In this document: in pieces, positions 10,440 through 19,969 of the stretch | Numbering within the stretch: the first letter of the stretch is position 1 | Layout: the number at the start of each line of letters is the position of its first letter | Assembly (NCBI GenBank): GCA_965205725.1 | Contig: OZ242189.1 | Location: forward strand, 2,407,973 to 2,471,972 | Direction: 5' to 3' | DNA: 64,000 nt | Origin: Halieaceae bacterium | Lineage (GTDB): Bacteria > Pseudomonadota > Gammaproteobacteria > Pseudomonadales > Halieaceae | Position numbers and translations under genes: made by a program | Notes under the pieces: model-generated | Databases searched by the model: none | Seen by the model: the letters and a program-made list of their open reading frames with translations, nothing else | Told to the model about the DNA's origin: nothing

Positions 10440-11171
10440 AATAGCCGCCTTTAACAGAATACTGACACCCAAAACAAACAGCGCCACAATCGCAACACGC
10501 CGATAAAAAGCGCCGCCGTAATGGCGAAACAAATAATTCCCCAAACTGTCGCCACACACCACAGCCGGATAAGCCAAAGCCGCCACCCACAGCATCGGCA
10601 GGCTGAGCATACCGTTGCTGCTATAGGTGATTAACGCCACCAGCGAAGAAAAACTGAAAAAGCCCATCATCAGGGCGCGGCTGGCTTTGGGGTCTGCCAC
10701 CGTCGACATCACATAGATAATAACAGGCGGCCCGGGAATTGCGAAGGCGCCGTTAATCAAACCACTGACCAAACCGGCGCTGCCCGCAATGGCAGGCTTA
10801 ACCAGATGCCGCCGCGGATGAAACCGGGCCAGGGCCAAACAGGCAACAATCACCAGCACACCAATCAATAACTGGAACTGCTGTTCGCTCAGGGTTTGCA
10901 GCAACTGCGCGCCGAGTACCGTGCCCACGATTGCCGCGACAAACATGGGCCACTGAGTGTTCAATTGCAGGTCGTGGCGGTATTTCGGGAAGCTCTGCAC
11001 CCCCAGAGCAAACGACAGGCAGGCACTCAACCCCACAGCCTGAACCGGCGAATACAACAGCGCCAAACCCGGCACCGCCGCCAGAGCAAAACCAAAGCCA
11101 GTAAACGAGCGCAGCAGGGTTGCGGCGACAATGATCAACCACAGCAGCGATAGCTGCCCCGGATCAGGCAT
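10437..11171 (-). CDS. TauE/SafE family sulfite/anion exporter
   Basis: 244 aa with about 8 TM segments. It shows the duplicated 4-TM architecture and G-rich helices typical of the TauE family. Confidence 0.8.
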   Translation of the reverse strand: MPDPGQLSLLWLIIVAATLLRSFTGFGFALAAVPGLALLYSPVQAVGLSACLSFALGVQSFPKYRHDLQLNTQWPMFVAAIVGTVLGAQLLQTLSEQQFQLLIGVLVIVACLALARFHPRRHLVKPAIAGSAGLVSGLINGAFAIPGPPVIIYVMSTVADPKASRALMMGFFSFSSLVALITYSSNGMLSLPMLWVAALAYPAVVCGDSLGNYLFRHYGGAFYRRVAIVALFVLGVSILLKAAI

Positions 11172-12954
11172 GGCCCATGCGCACCAACCGGCCTGGGCGC
11201 GCCGCAGTCACCTCGTCGTTCTCAACCACCAGTTCACCAGCTACCAATACCGCGCGATAACCCTTTGCATCTTGCAACAAGCGCTGGCCGCCTGCGGGCA
11301 GATCTTGCACCATGCGCGGCGGATACAGGCGCAGGTTTTTGTGATCAATCACATTCACATTGGCTTTCAAGCCCACCTGCAAGCGACCGCGGTCTTGCAT
11401 GCCGCAATAGTCGGCTATATCGCTGGTCAGCCGCTGAATCACATCGGCCAGTTCCAATTGCTCACCGCGCTGACGATCACGCGCCCAGTAGCTAAGTAAG
11501 TAGGAAGAAAAACTGGAGTCACAAATGGTACCCACATGGGCACCGCCATCGGATAAACCCTGAATCGACAGCGGGTGTTGCATCATTTTCAACACATTGT
11601 CGTAGCTCATCTCGGTGTAGTTATAGATGGGAAAATACAACAGTGCCTTGCCATCATCTTCCAGCAGCAAGTCATAAATCATTTCCAGGGCGGGGATGCC
11701 CTTGTTCTGTGCCATGCGCAGTACCGAGGTTTCTTCAGTTTGCTCATAGTCTGGATTGTCGCCTAGCAAAAATGTTTTGGCGGCCACGAAATCCACTGCT
11801 TGCAAGAGTGCATCGGCAATGGGTGGTACCGGCGTGCCGTCCCCGGCCATCTTTTCTGATTCCTCGGTGAGCAACTGCGCCTTAAAGGCAGGATCACTCA
11901 TGGCTTTGACACGTTCGTTCAAAGACAGGTGGCAAATCTTTTTGTAACCGGGGAAACCAATAAAAGGATGGAAGGTGCACTGTAAACCCACCGTCACGCC
12001 GATACCCCGAGGCGCCACCTGCAGGCGAATATTGATGCCCGCCTCGCTGAGATCTTCAGCGCGGGCAATAATGCGCTGCCATTGATCGGCGGCAAAATCC
12101 CGCTGCATCAGCGATAGAGAGAACGGCTTGCCGTTGGTCGCACTGGCATAGGCCTCCAGAATGGCAAACTCGGCATCAAACTGATCGCCGTCACGCTCCA
12201 GATTAAAATCATTCACCGCCTGCAAGATACCGTGGCCCAAACCATCCATCGCCTGAGCGATACCCGCCAGTTCTTCGGCCGTCGCCTCGGACGAAGGCGT
12301 CCACTCGCCATCGGCAGAACGGTGTACATCAGAGCGCCCGGTAGAAAAACCAATCGCCCCCGCCTCCATCGCCTCGCGCGTCAAACGGCGCATTTCGGCA
12401 ATGTCACCTGCGGTGGCAGGCTCATTGAATACCGCTCGATCACCCATCACATAAACCCGCAACGGATCGTGGGTAACCTGTACCGCAAAGTCGATAGTGT
12501 GGGGCCTGGCATCGAGTGCGTCCATATACTCGGGCAGAGATTCCCAATCCCAGGTAAGGCCCTCAACCAATGCTGTACCCGGAATGTCTTCAACGCCTTC
12601 CATAATTCGCACAAGCTTTTCGCGGTCGGCCTCGCGCACTGGCGCAAACCCAACCCCACAACTGCCCATCACCACCGTTGACACCCCGTGGTTAATGCTG
12701 GGCGCCAGGGTTTCATCCCAGCTCACCTGGCCGTCATAGTGGGTGTGCAGATCAATAAAACCGGGGGTAACAATACAGCCAGCAGCATTGATTTCGCACG
12801 CTGCCTTGCCTTTGCATTCGCCAATTTCGGCAATTGCGCCATCTTTAATGGCGACATTGGTGTTAACACCGCCGCCACCATCACCATCGAATACCTGACC
12901 ATTCACTATCTTGAGATCAAACACTGTTAAAACTCCCGTATTTCTCTGCCACAC
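11164..12954 (-). CDS. N-acyl-D-amino-acid deacylase (D-aminoacylase) family amidohydrolase
   Basis: 596 aa. N-terminal FDLKIVNGQVFDG..., the metal-binding motif GFIDLHTHYDG, and a C-terminal beta-sandwich AGGQRLL...RAVLVAGELVV. Confidence 0.8.
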   Translation of the reverse strand: MWQRNTGVLTVFDLKIVNGQVFDGDGGGGVNTNVAIKDGAIAEIGECKGKAACEINAAGCIVTPGFIDLHTHYDGQVSWDETLAPSINHGVSTVVMGSCGVGFAPVREADREKLVRIMEGVEDIPGTALVEGLTWDWESLPEYMDALDARPHTIDFAVQVTHDPLRVYVMGDRAVFNEPATAGDIAEMRRLTREAMEAGAIGFSTGRSDVHRSADGEWTPSSEATAEELAGIAQAMDGLGHGILQAVNDFNLERDGDQFDAEFAILEAYASATNGKPFSLSLMQRDFAADQWQRIIARAEDLSEAGINIRLQVAPRGIGVTVGLQCTFHPFIGFPGYKKICHLSLNERVKAMSDPAFKAQLLTEESEKMAGDGTPVPPIADALLQAVDFVAAKTFLLGDNPDYEQTEETSVLRMAQNKGIPALEMIYDLLLEDDGKALLYFPIYNYTEMSYDNVLKMMQHPLSIQGLSDGGAHVGTICDSSFSSYLLSYWARDRQRGEQLELADVIQRLTSDIADYCGMQDRGRLQVGLKANVNVIDHKNLRLYPPRMVQDLPAGGQRLLQDAKGYRAVLVAGELVVENDEVTAARPGRLVRMGHA

Positions 12955-12993
12955 AGTGTAACGCTTTCCTGTATAATGCGCCGTTCACAATTT

Positions 12994-13385
12994 GGGGGCG
13001 ATTTGGATTCGACGACGGTTACGAACCCTGAGGTGCATGCCGTGATGGTAGCCAATCACGTAAATCAAAAGCTGCAAACTATTAGTTGCCAATGACGACA
13101 ACTACGGTGTTCGACTGGCTGCGTAAGCAGTCTTATTGACACCATCTAGAGGCTTCGGCCACTAGCGGTCTTTAGCAAGGTGCCAGCCCCGCGTTAGAGA
13201 CTGTCATACAGAACTGGATCGCTGTGAAGCCTGCCTGGGGTGGATCTGCTAAACATTATTCAGGATCGCCTATTACGTCCTGCCCGTTGGGCTGTATGTG
13301 GCCAAATTAATTAACGGAACCTAAGCATGTAGAGCCGATGGCAAAGGACTGGCGGACGCGGGTTCAACTCCCGCCGCCTCCACCA
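12994..13385 (+). ncRNA. ssrA: tmRNA (SsrA)
   Basis: 5' GGGGGCGATTTGGATTCGACG pairs with the 3' ...GGTTCAACTCCCGCCGCCTCCACCA, including a G3-U wobble. The tag frame GCC AAT GAC GAC AAC TAC GGT GTT CGA CTG GCT GCG TAA (13088-13126) encodes ANDDNYGVRLAA. TATAAT lies at 12972-12977. Confidence 0.95.
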
Positions 13386-13446
13386 ATAAACGGCTCTACC
13401 CCATTAACGGGGGATGGGCATTCATACGTACACGGTTGATTATCCC

Positions 13447-13910
13447 TCTTCATCAACTGTGCTCCGACCTGGTCGGTCGCAAAGTCGATCTTGAGCCTGG
13501 CGGAGGCGGCTATGGTGGTGATTCTCGTACCTACGAGATGCCGGAATCTGATGGCAAGTTGGGTCGCCTGACCTCGTGAGATGTAAAGACTATAAAACAG
13601 CAGTGGAGTATGACCCGGAGGCCATGTTCTTGGCCGGCGCTCTGACCACTGGTGACGGCCTGGCATTTATCGGTGATGTAGATCGCTATTTCAGCGCCTT
13701 CGACGTGCGCAATGGTAAGCGTCTTTGGCAGACTCGACTGGTAGCGCCACTGCACGGTTACCCTATTACCTATAGCGCAAAAAGCAGGCAATACATTGCT
13801 GTGCCCACAGGATAGGAGTGTTTCGCGCTCTGACGGCGACAGTAAGTCCGGAAATCTACCAACCCAGCAATGGCCAGGCTTTATTCGTTTTTGCGTTGCC
13901 CGGGTCGTGA
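13447..13910 (+). pseudogene. C-terminal remnant of a PQQ-dependent (quinoprotein) dehydrogenase, frameshifted
   Basis: Three frames together read ...GKLGRLTS* / DYKTAVEYDPEAMFLAGALTTGDGLAFIGDVDRYFSAFDVRNGKRLWQTRL..PITYSAKSRQYIAVPTG* / IGVFRALT...GQALFVFALPGS*. This matches the last two propeller blades and the VFAL tail of PQQ alcohol/glucose dehydrogenases. About 450 N-terminal residues are absent. Confidence 0.6.
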
Positions 13911-13960
13911 TATCACGTTTTAATTTGCGAAAGCTTTTGTCAGATCCACGTATGCCGTGA

Positions 13961-14398
13961 TCAAAAGTCTGCTCTGTGGCAACTGAGGTCGCCGACTAAA
14001 TCCGGCCTAATATCGCGCAGGGTAAAATACCAGTTGCCATCCACGCACTTAAAGCTGTCGTAGTAGTGTCCGATAAAGATTGGCTGTAACGGAAAGTCGG
14101 GCGGCACCGCCTGGTTAACCGTAATGTAGCATTGCGCTTTGGCGCTCTCCCCATCGGGGCTAAGCCCAATCTGGATATTGCTCATGACATGTTTGGTGTT
14201 GGGCTTGCCGTCATAGAGAATGATATTGCCCAAGGTCTCCATAACCTCAGCCGAGCCTGTGTCGCCACCGGATGTGTCACCCCGGACTAGCCACGTGCCT
14301 TGGCTGAACAGGTCTGCGAAACCCTGGAGATCGCCCGCGTCAATGCGATAACAGTATTGGTTCATTAACGCGAGGATACTTTCCTGGGCTGTGTTCAT
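13961..14398 (-). CDS. SnoaL-like / NTF2-fold protein
   Basis: 145 aa. N-terminal ILALMNQYCYRIDAGDLQGFADLF and C-terminal DGNWYF..R match the SnoaL_4/NTF2-like pattern. Confidence 0.6.
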   Translation of the reverse strand: MNTAQESILALMNQYCYRIDAGDLQGFADLFSQGTWLVRGDTSGGDTGSAEVMETLGNIILYDGKPNTKHVMSNIQIGLSPDGESAKAQCYITVNQAVPPDFPLQPIFIGHYYDSFKCVDGNWYFTLRDIRPDLVGDLSCHRADF

Positions 14399-14453
14399 GA
14401 TTCGACTCCTGAGAAATTACCGAGAGCGTTAACTAAGGGAAAACTTGCCCTGG

Positions 14454-15290
14454 TCACAGCCCGGATTTGCCGGCCTCTCTTTGCATTGGTGAGTACTCGT
14501 TAAAACGAGGCCCGCCCGGCATCGCACCCGAGGTTATTCCCGCATCTGTGGTTAGGGTATGCCCAGTGGTATAGCCAGACTCGTCGCTTGCAAGCCAAAG
14601 CGCTGCATTGGCGACGTCTGTCGCGAGCCCAGGTCGGCCAAACAGAGGTGATTCATCAGTCAGCATTTTAGTGGCCTCATCAATGGCGGTGTGGTCATGA
14701 AGATAGGCTTCGGCGACCATGGATGTGGCCATACTATAGGGCGCGATTGCATTTACGCGAATGCCGTTACCGCATAGTTCTGCACCAACGTTCCTGGTCA
14801 GACCCACCACAGCATGTTTGGCAGCGCTATAGGCGTGAGGGCCCAGGCCGCCAGTGAGTCCCGCGACACTGGACATGCTTATTATTGCACCTGAATTCTG
14901 GGGCTTCATCACTCGAGCGGCGTGCTTCATCCCGAAAAATACACCATTGAGAAGCACCGCCAGCGTGGCTGTCCACTCTGCTTCTAAGGTTGTATCGATT
15001 GGCCCGATAGCACCGACGATGCCAGCGTTATTGAACATCACGTCCAGTTGCCCGAACTCTGTTACCGCTACATCAACGAGGTTTGACACCTCATCTTCCA
15101 CTGTCACGTTGCACTGCGCGAACACCACGCCAGGGCCGAGCTCATCGGCTAGTGCCTCGCCTATATCTGCCTGTATATCCCCGAGTACGACTTTGCAGCC
15201 TTCCTCCACAAACCTGCGTGCGCTGGCCTCGCCGATGCCGCTTGCTGCACCGGTGATTACGGCAATTTTTCCTTCGAGACGGTTGGGCAT
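14454..15290 (-). CDS. Short-chain dehydrogenase/reductase (classical SDR)
   Basis: Motifs TGAASGIG, NNAG and YSAAK. The start at MPNRLEGK (ATG 15290) is preceded by GGGAGAAAACC. Confidence 0.9.
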   Translation of the reverse strand: MPNRLEGKIAVITGAASGIGEASARRFVEEGCKVVLGDIQADIGEALADELGPGVVFAQCNVTVEDEVSNLVDVAVTEFGQLDVMFNNAGIVGAIGPIDTTLEAEWTATLAVLLNGVFFGMKHAARVMKPQNSGAIISMSSVAGLTGGLGPHAYSAAKHAVVGLTRNVGAELCGNGIRVNAIAPYSMATSMVAEAYLHDHTAIDEATKMLTDESPLFGRPGLATDVANAALWLASDESGYTTGHTLTTDAGITSGAMPGGPRFNEYSPMQREAGKSGL

Positions 15291-15376
15291 GGTTTTCTCC
15301 CGATAACATTCAGTGGTGTTGTTAGAGGCTAGACATTGCACGCCAGTATTTTATGCGCAGCGTCCGTCCAGTGGCC

Positions 15377-15967
15377 TCAATTAAATACTTCGCGGCGGCG
15401 ATACACCAGGTCCTCTTCACCGCGGCGCCCCAGCAGCTCCGCCGGAATGTCAACCAACCCCTGGGTCGACGGTGGTTCCGTCCGCATCCAGTCGGTCAGG
15501 CCAGTGCGATGGCTTATTTTCCACACACCATCGCGCTTTTGAAAGCGGTCGAGATAACGTCCGCCCACCAGAAAATCCATTTCCGTGTCGTAGGCGTTTG
15601 CTGCCGCCATCGGGTCGCCCTTGGCTCGCATCCTGTGATAAGCCGTAAAATAGGTTTCCGCGAAGGCACCGTTTCCCTCAAATTCAATAAAGATATTGCC
15701 CAGTTGATGTTGAGTTCGGGTGTGGGTGTTGAGCACATCGAAGGCATAGGCGACAAAGTCCCCTGGTTCACCCGGCTTGGAGGGCAGCGAAGGGTCTGAA
15801 GAAGGCCCTACAAATCCGTGCGCATGTTGGGAGTTTGGATGAAAAACCGAGCGCAGCATGAATTCATCCATTCGATCAATCGCTCTGGCGTAGGTCATAA
15901 TAACGTCGGATATAGACTGCCTATCCAACAATTCAGTGAGTTGCTGTGCGCTCATAGAGTTCCTCAC
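15377..15967 (-). CDS. SnoaL-like / NTF2-fold protein
   Basis: 196 aa. LLDRQSISDVIMTYARAIDRMD... and RDGVWKISHR are typical of SnoaL_4. Confidence 0.6.
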   Translation of the reverse strand: MRNSMSAQQLTELLDRQSISDVIMTYARAIDRMDEFMLRSVFHPNSQHAHGFVGPSSDPSLPSKPGEPGDFVAYAFDVLNTHTRTQHQLGNIFIEFEGNGAFAETYFTAYHRMRAKGDPMAAANAYDTEMDFLVGGRYLDRFQKRDGVWKISHRTGLTDWMRTEPPSTQGLVDIPAELLGRRGEEDLVYRRREVFN

Positions 15968-16041
15968 AAATGAAGAACGCAGGCCCTATACTGAACAGGG
16001 CGTGCGCTCGTTACTTAGCGGGTGAGAATAGCGTCTGAATA

Positions 16042-18288
16042 TCACTGCGCGCCGAAGCTGTAAGTGACCTCTGCACCCCAAGTGCGTGGAGCGCGAGGGG
16101 ACGCATAGGCCCATAAGCCAGAGACATTCAAACCGTGTGCATAGCCGTCTTCATCGGTAAGGTTGCGGCCGAAAAGACTAACTTGTAGTCCGTTAGTCGC
16201 GTAATTTACTGACAGGTCGAGCAATTGCTGATCATCGTTTTCCAGCTCCGCCCGGTTAGTCTGCTCGACAAAGTGCTCACCGAGAAAATGATAAGCGCCT
16301 CTCACCCAGGCATTGCCACCGCCAATCTGCCATTCGTAGGTTACATCCAGTGAGCCAGTGAGCTCTGGTGCTCGACGGAAATCAAGCCCACTAAGATCCG
16401 TGAGGCCACTGGCCCCGACAAAACTGAATTCATCGTACTCTGAATCGAGATAGCCGATGTTTGCACGGACACTCAGGTCTTCTGTGAGTATCGCTTGCAG
16501 TTCAAGTTCCACACCTTGCATGGTTGCAGTAGCGGCGTTAAAGACGGTAATCCTCTGCCCCGTGGCACCATCAGAGGGCAACCCTATCTCTTCCTGCTTG
16601 TCCTGATAGTCCATATAGAACATAGCGCCATTTAATCGCAGCCCCTGGTTTGGCCACTCGGATTTAAAGCCCAGTTCATAGTTGTCTACAGTCTCCGGGT
16701 CGTAAGGTATCCTGGCGGAAGCCTGCTCATCGACCCGTCCGTTGAAACCACCACTTCGATACCCTTTCGACCAGGTAGCATACAGCATGGCATCATCACT
16801 CGCCTGGTAACGCACACCGACCTTGGGCGTAAACTCGTCCCATTCCTCACTGGGATGGTTTGGTGCTGTCGATAAATTGCCTGTTTGTTGAGATTCCTTC
16901 TCGTCTTCGGTATAACGCCCACCCAACGTTAGGCTCCAGGTATCGTTCAGCGCGTAATCTCCTTCGAAAAACAGTGCCACAGAATCCGTTTCCTGGTGTG
17001 TGTTTTGCGGTATGTCGACGACGGTATCCGGTACAGAAAAAGTGATCCAGCTACGCAATCGGATATCGTATTCCGATTCCCATGTGTAGCCACCAACAAC
17101 AAACTTCAGCGCGTCACCCGCGTCATAGGTTAACCTCAGTTCATGACTTTCCTGCTCATATTCTGCGGGCCGGTCTGTTCCAAACAGCATAAGGGCTTCT
17201 GCAGTCCAGTTAGAGATAATAGTCTCCTCTGTTTCAAAACTGCCGTAGATATAATTCAATTGCAGATTTTCGTTAATATTCCATCTTGTCTCAAAGATAT
17301 GAGTCTCAGCATCGAAAGTCGCTTCCGGATCTATCGGGATCAAATCGGCTATCGGCGAGGTCACGATGCCAGCGGGTGATGAAGACGCAGTCGTCGGCAG
17401 AAAAAATTGCGTATTAACATCAAACCTGTCTCCCGAACTCGGCGTACTCACAGATTGGGCGCACAATCCGAAGTCAGCACAAAAGAGAGTATCCGGCTGC
17501 GCAACATTTAACAGCGGTGGTGTATCCTGATCTGTTTGCTCGTCCTGATAGGTGTATTCAAACTCTAGGCTTTCACTCGCATTGAACAGTAAATTGATGC
17601 CGTAGGACTGGTAATCCACCCGGCCATTATCATCGCCGGTCTGTGTGTTGGTAAAGTAGCCTTCCTCCTGTTCGTTCTTGGCCGCGCTCAGCTTTACCGC
17701 CAGATTCTCGGTCACGCCAAAATTGACAACCCCGTCGAGGTAGTAGGTATCATAATCACCATAACCAGCGCGAATTTTGCCGCCCAACTCACTGGTAGGC
17801 CTTGTTCTATTTACATTAATCGTTCCACCGATAGTGTTGCGACCAAACAGCGTGCCCTGAGGGCCGCGCAATACTTCCACCGACGCCAGGTCGATACTCC
17901 TCAAAATCGCCCCACTGTTAGCGCCTATAAAGAGCCCATCAATGGTTACGCCAACTGCGGGTTCAAAGTTTTTCTCTACATCGGCCACTCCAATGCCACG
18001 AATATAGATTGCCGCATTGCCCCCCGGGCCCTGTGAGGTATCATCAATGATCAGGTTAGGCGACATGAAAGCCAGATCTTTGATATCTCTGGCGAAGGTG
18101 CGGGTTATTTCAGTCTTGCTCAACGCACTGACGGATAACCCCACATCCTGCAGGTTTTCCTCACGTTTGCGGGCAGTGACGACAATTTCCTCGAGGGCGA
18201 ACCCTTGGGCGATAGCCGTAGGTGATACTGCGGCGCCAATTGAAGCTGTTGCGATGACCAGTGCGGTGCTTAATATTTTCTTTTTCAT
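16042..18288 (-). CDS. TonB-dependent receptor
   Basis: 748 aa with a signal peptide, the plug motif EEIVVTARKREENLQDVGLSVSAL, a long beta-barrel region and a C-terminal aromatic-rich strand. Confidence 0.92.
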   Translation of the reverse strand: MKKKILSTALVIATASIGAAVSPTAIAQGFALEEIVVTARKREENLQDVGLSVSALSKTEITRTFARDIKDLAFMSPNLIIDDTSQGPGGNAAIYIRGIGVADVEKNFEPAVGVTIDGLFIGANSGAILRSIDLASVEVLRGPQGTLFGRNTIGGTINVNRTRPTSELGGKIRAGYGDYDTYYLDGVVNFGVTENLAVKLSAAKNEQEEGYFTNTQTGDDNGRVDYQSYGINLLFNASESLEFEYTYQDEQTDQDTPPLLNVAQPDTLFCADFGLCAQSVSTPSSGDRFDVNTQFFLPTTASSSPAGIVTSPIADLIPIDPEATFDAETHIFETRWNINENLQLNYIYGSFETEETIISNWTAEALMLFGTDRPAEYEQESHELRLTYDAGDALKFVVGGYTWESEYDIRLRSWITFSVPDTVVDIPQNTHQETDSVALFFEGDYALNDTWSLTLGGRYTEDEKESQQTGNLSTAPNHPSEEWDEFTPKVGVRYQASDDAMLYATWSKGYRSGGFNGRVDEQASARIPYDPETVDNYELGFKSEWPNQGLRLNGAMFYMDYQDKQEEIGLPSDGATGQRITVFNAATATMQGVELELQAILTEDLSVRANIGYLDSEYDEFSFVGASGLTDLSGLDFRRAPELTGSLDVTYEWQIGGGNAWVRGAYHFLGEHFVEQTNRAELENDDQQLLDLSVNYATNGLQVSLFGRNLTDEDGYAHGLNVSGLWAYASPRAPRTWGAEVTYSFGAQ

Positions 18289-18340
18289 GCGTGCTCTCCG
18301 GGTTACATCGTTGTTAGGTGATTTCTAGTTTGTTGTTCGT

Positions 18341-18838
18341 TTAAGTGGGCGCTGCTTCCGGAGCCGACAATACGGTACCGGGAATCGGGTTGAAGTAGTG
18401 AATCTGAACATTCCGTTCAAGGATTTTCCAGCTGCTGTCTTCGCAATTGAGGGTGTCCCTATAGGTCGCGCCAACCACTGTGCAGACAGACTCGCCGGTA
18501 AGAGTGCCCATGCAATCTACATCGCACACAGAGGTCGCGTTGATCTCGCCCTGAAATTCGATGCGCAGGTTGGTGGTCAGGTGGTGGGTTCCCCCCCACG
18601 CTGGCCAAAGCACATCGTAAATAGCCTCATGGATGCCAGAGTGGCCCTCAAAGCGACCGAAGGGAGGGCCAATATCCCAAACACAATTTTCAGACCAGAT
18701 ACTTAGAAAGCGATCAAAGTCACGTTTGTCAAATCCGTGACAATAGTCCGATACCAGATCTCGAATAGCAGAACGCGCCTCAAGTTCGGTAATTCTCCCG
18801 AGAAGGTCAGTGATTGTGGCGGCGTCTGTCGTCATCAT
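18341..18838 (-). CDS. SnoaL-like / NTF2-fold protein
   Basis: 165 aa. ELEARSAIRDLVSDYCHGFDKRDFDRFLSIW and SSWKILERN fit the family. This is the third paralogous fold in the cluster. Confidence 0.6.
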   Translation of the reverse strand: MMTTDAATITDLLGRITELEARSAIRDLVSDYCHGFDKRDFDRFLSIWSENCVWDIGPPFGRFEGHSGIHEAIYDVLWPAWGGTHHLTTNLRIEFQGEINATSVCDVDCMGTLTGESVCTVVGATYRDTLNCEDSSWKILERNVQIHYFNPIPGTVLSAPEAAPT

Positions 18839-19174
18839 ATCTCAGTCAGCGTTCGCAATTTTTCCCACTATTAGCAGGTTAGAAGTGGGCCTTATAAAAT
18901 GATGATTCTTGTTTGCGTCTAGCAAGTTTAGTAAAACCACCGATCAAGTCAACCGTTATATGTAACCCAAATCTCCAGATAGAGTACCGCCAGCGCTTCA
19001 AGGGCCTCTGAATCCCTCTTTCAAGCCTTATGGCTGGCCTTCACGGCGGATATGACAGAGCGGTTTAGTCAAACACCTTTGCTCTGCACAGAGTCAGCGC
19101 CTGGCCGGCCATTGCAGACAAACCTGCCCTGTACCTATCCAGTATAAGTCGTTATTTTTGACAGGAATGTCGCT

Positions 19175-19378
19175 GAATGGGCGGCGGCTCAAACGCCTTC
19201 AGCGCCATTGGCACGCGTTCCAGTAATATTCGGTGTTTTTCCTGCATTGTTACGAAGAACAGAGATCCCAGTTTAACTACCTTCGCCGCGATGGCGCAGG
19301 TTCGGAAACACCGATCCAGTACTATCAGCCACTCATGCAGGCCGCCTGATTGGTCTCACAGGTATTGAACCCGCACAG
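19175..19378 (+). mobile_element. 3'-end remnant of an IS481-family element (related to the copy at 61474-63638)
   Basis: 19305-19378 (ggaaacaccgatccagtactatcag...caggccgcctgattggtctcacaggtattgaacccgcaca) aligns with 63567-63638. The decayed frame reads QFNYLRRDGAGSETPIQYYQPLMQAA*, against QYYNHYRPHDGVGLETPISYYQKLIQAA* in the other copy. Confidence 0.65.
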
Positions 19379-19469
19379 CCCGGACGCGGCTTGTCTTCTA
19401 TGTGTTACAATCAAAGGAGAAAGCGTATGTCATACTGCAACCTCCTTAATAGCATGGGAGGAACCACCG

Positions 19470-19775
19470 ATGAGCGGCGACACATTAACGATCATTATAT
19501 CAGTCGTTGGTTCCATGTTCGGACTCGTGTTCATGGTCTTCCGTGGTCAAAATCAACTGCGTGAGGAGTTCAAAGAGGAATTCAAGGCAATCCATAGGGA
19601 GCTCAAGGAAGTCCGTGCGGATATCGCCGCTGTCAATGAGCGTCTGTCCAGTGAAATTGCCGCTGTCAATGAGCGTCTATCCAGTGAAATCGCTACTGTC
19701 AATGAGCGTCTGTCACACAACGATGGCTTGATCGAGGGGCTCACAAAAGCGCTGCTAAAATCCAACGCCGCTTAG
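19470..19775 (+). CDS. Small single-pass membrane protein with a coiled-coil repeat tail
   Basis: ATG 19470 is preceded by GGAGG. The 101-aa product has an N-terminal TM segment (LTIIISVVGSMFGLVFMVF), followed by a charged helix and AAVNERLSSEI repeats. Confidence 0.55.
   Translation: MSGDTLTIIISVVGSMFGLVFMVFRGQNQLREEFKEEFKAIHRELKEVRADIAAVNERLSSEIAAVNERLSSEIATVNERLSHNDGLIEGLTKALLKSNAA
19626..19718. repeat. 33-bp tandem repeat (2.8 copies) inside the small ORF
   Basis: The unit gccgctgtcaatgagcgtctgtccagtgaaatt repeats at 19626, 19659 and 19692 with a few substitutions. It encodes (A-A/T-V-N-E-R-L-S-S-E-I)n. Confidence 0.9.
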
Positions 19776-19969
19776 CCGACAACGTGCAGCTCGCCCCTCG
19801 GAGTGAACGGCAAATCTTTTTCTCTGGATCAATTTTCGTTCAGGCAGAATACGAATTGCTCAGAGCTTGGCGCTGAGCTTTTTGACATAGCGCAGATCCC
19901 GGAGATCTGCCTGGTTGAGTATCATTGCCTGTTGGAAACACGACGAGTGTTCAGTTTAGTACACTCCCC

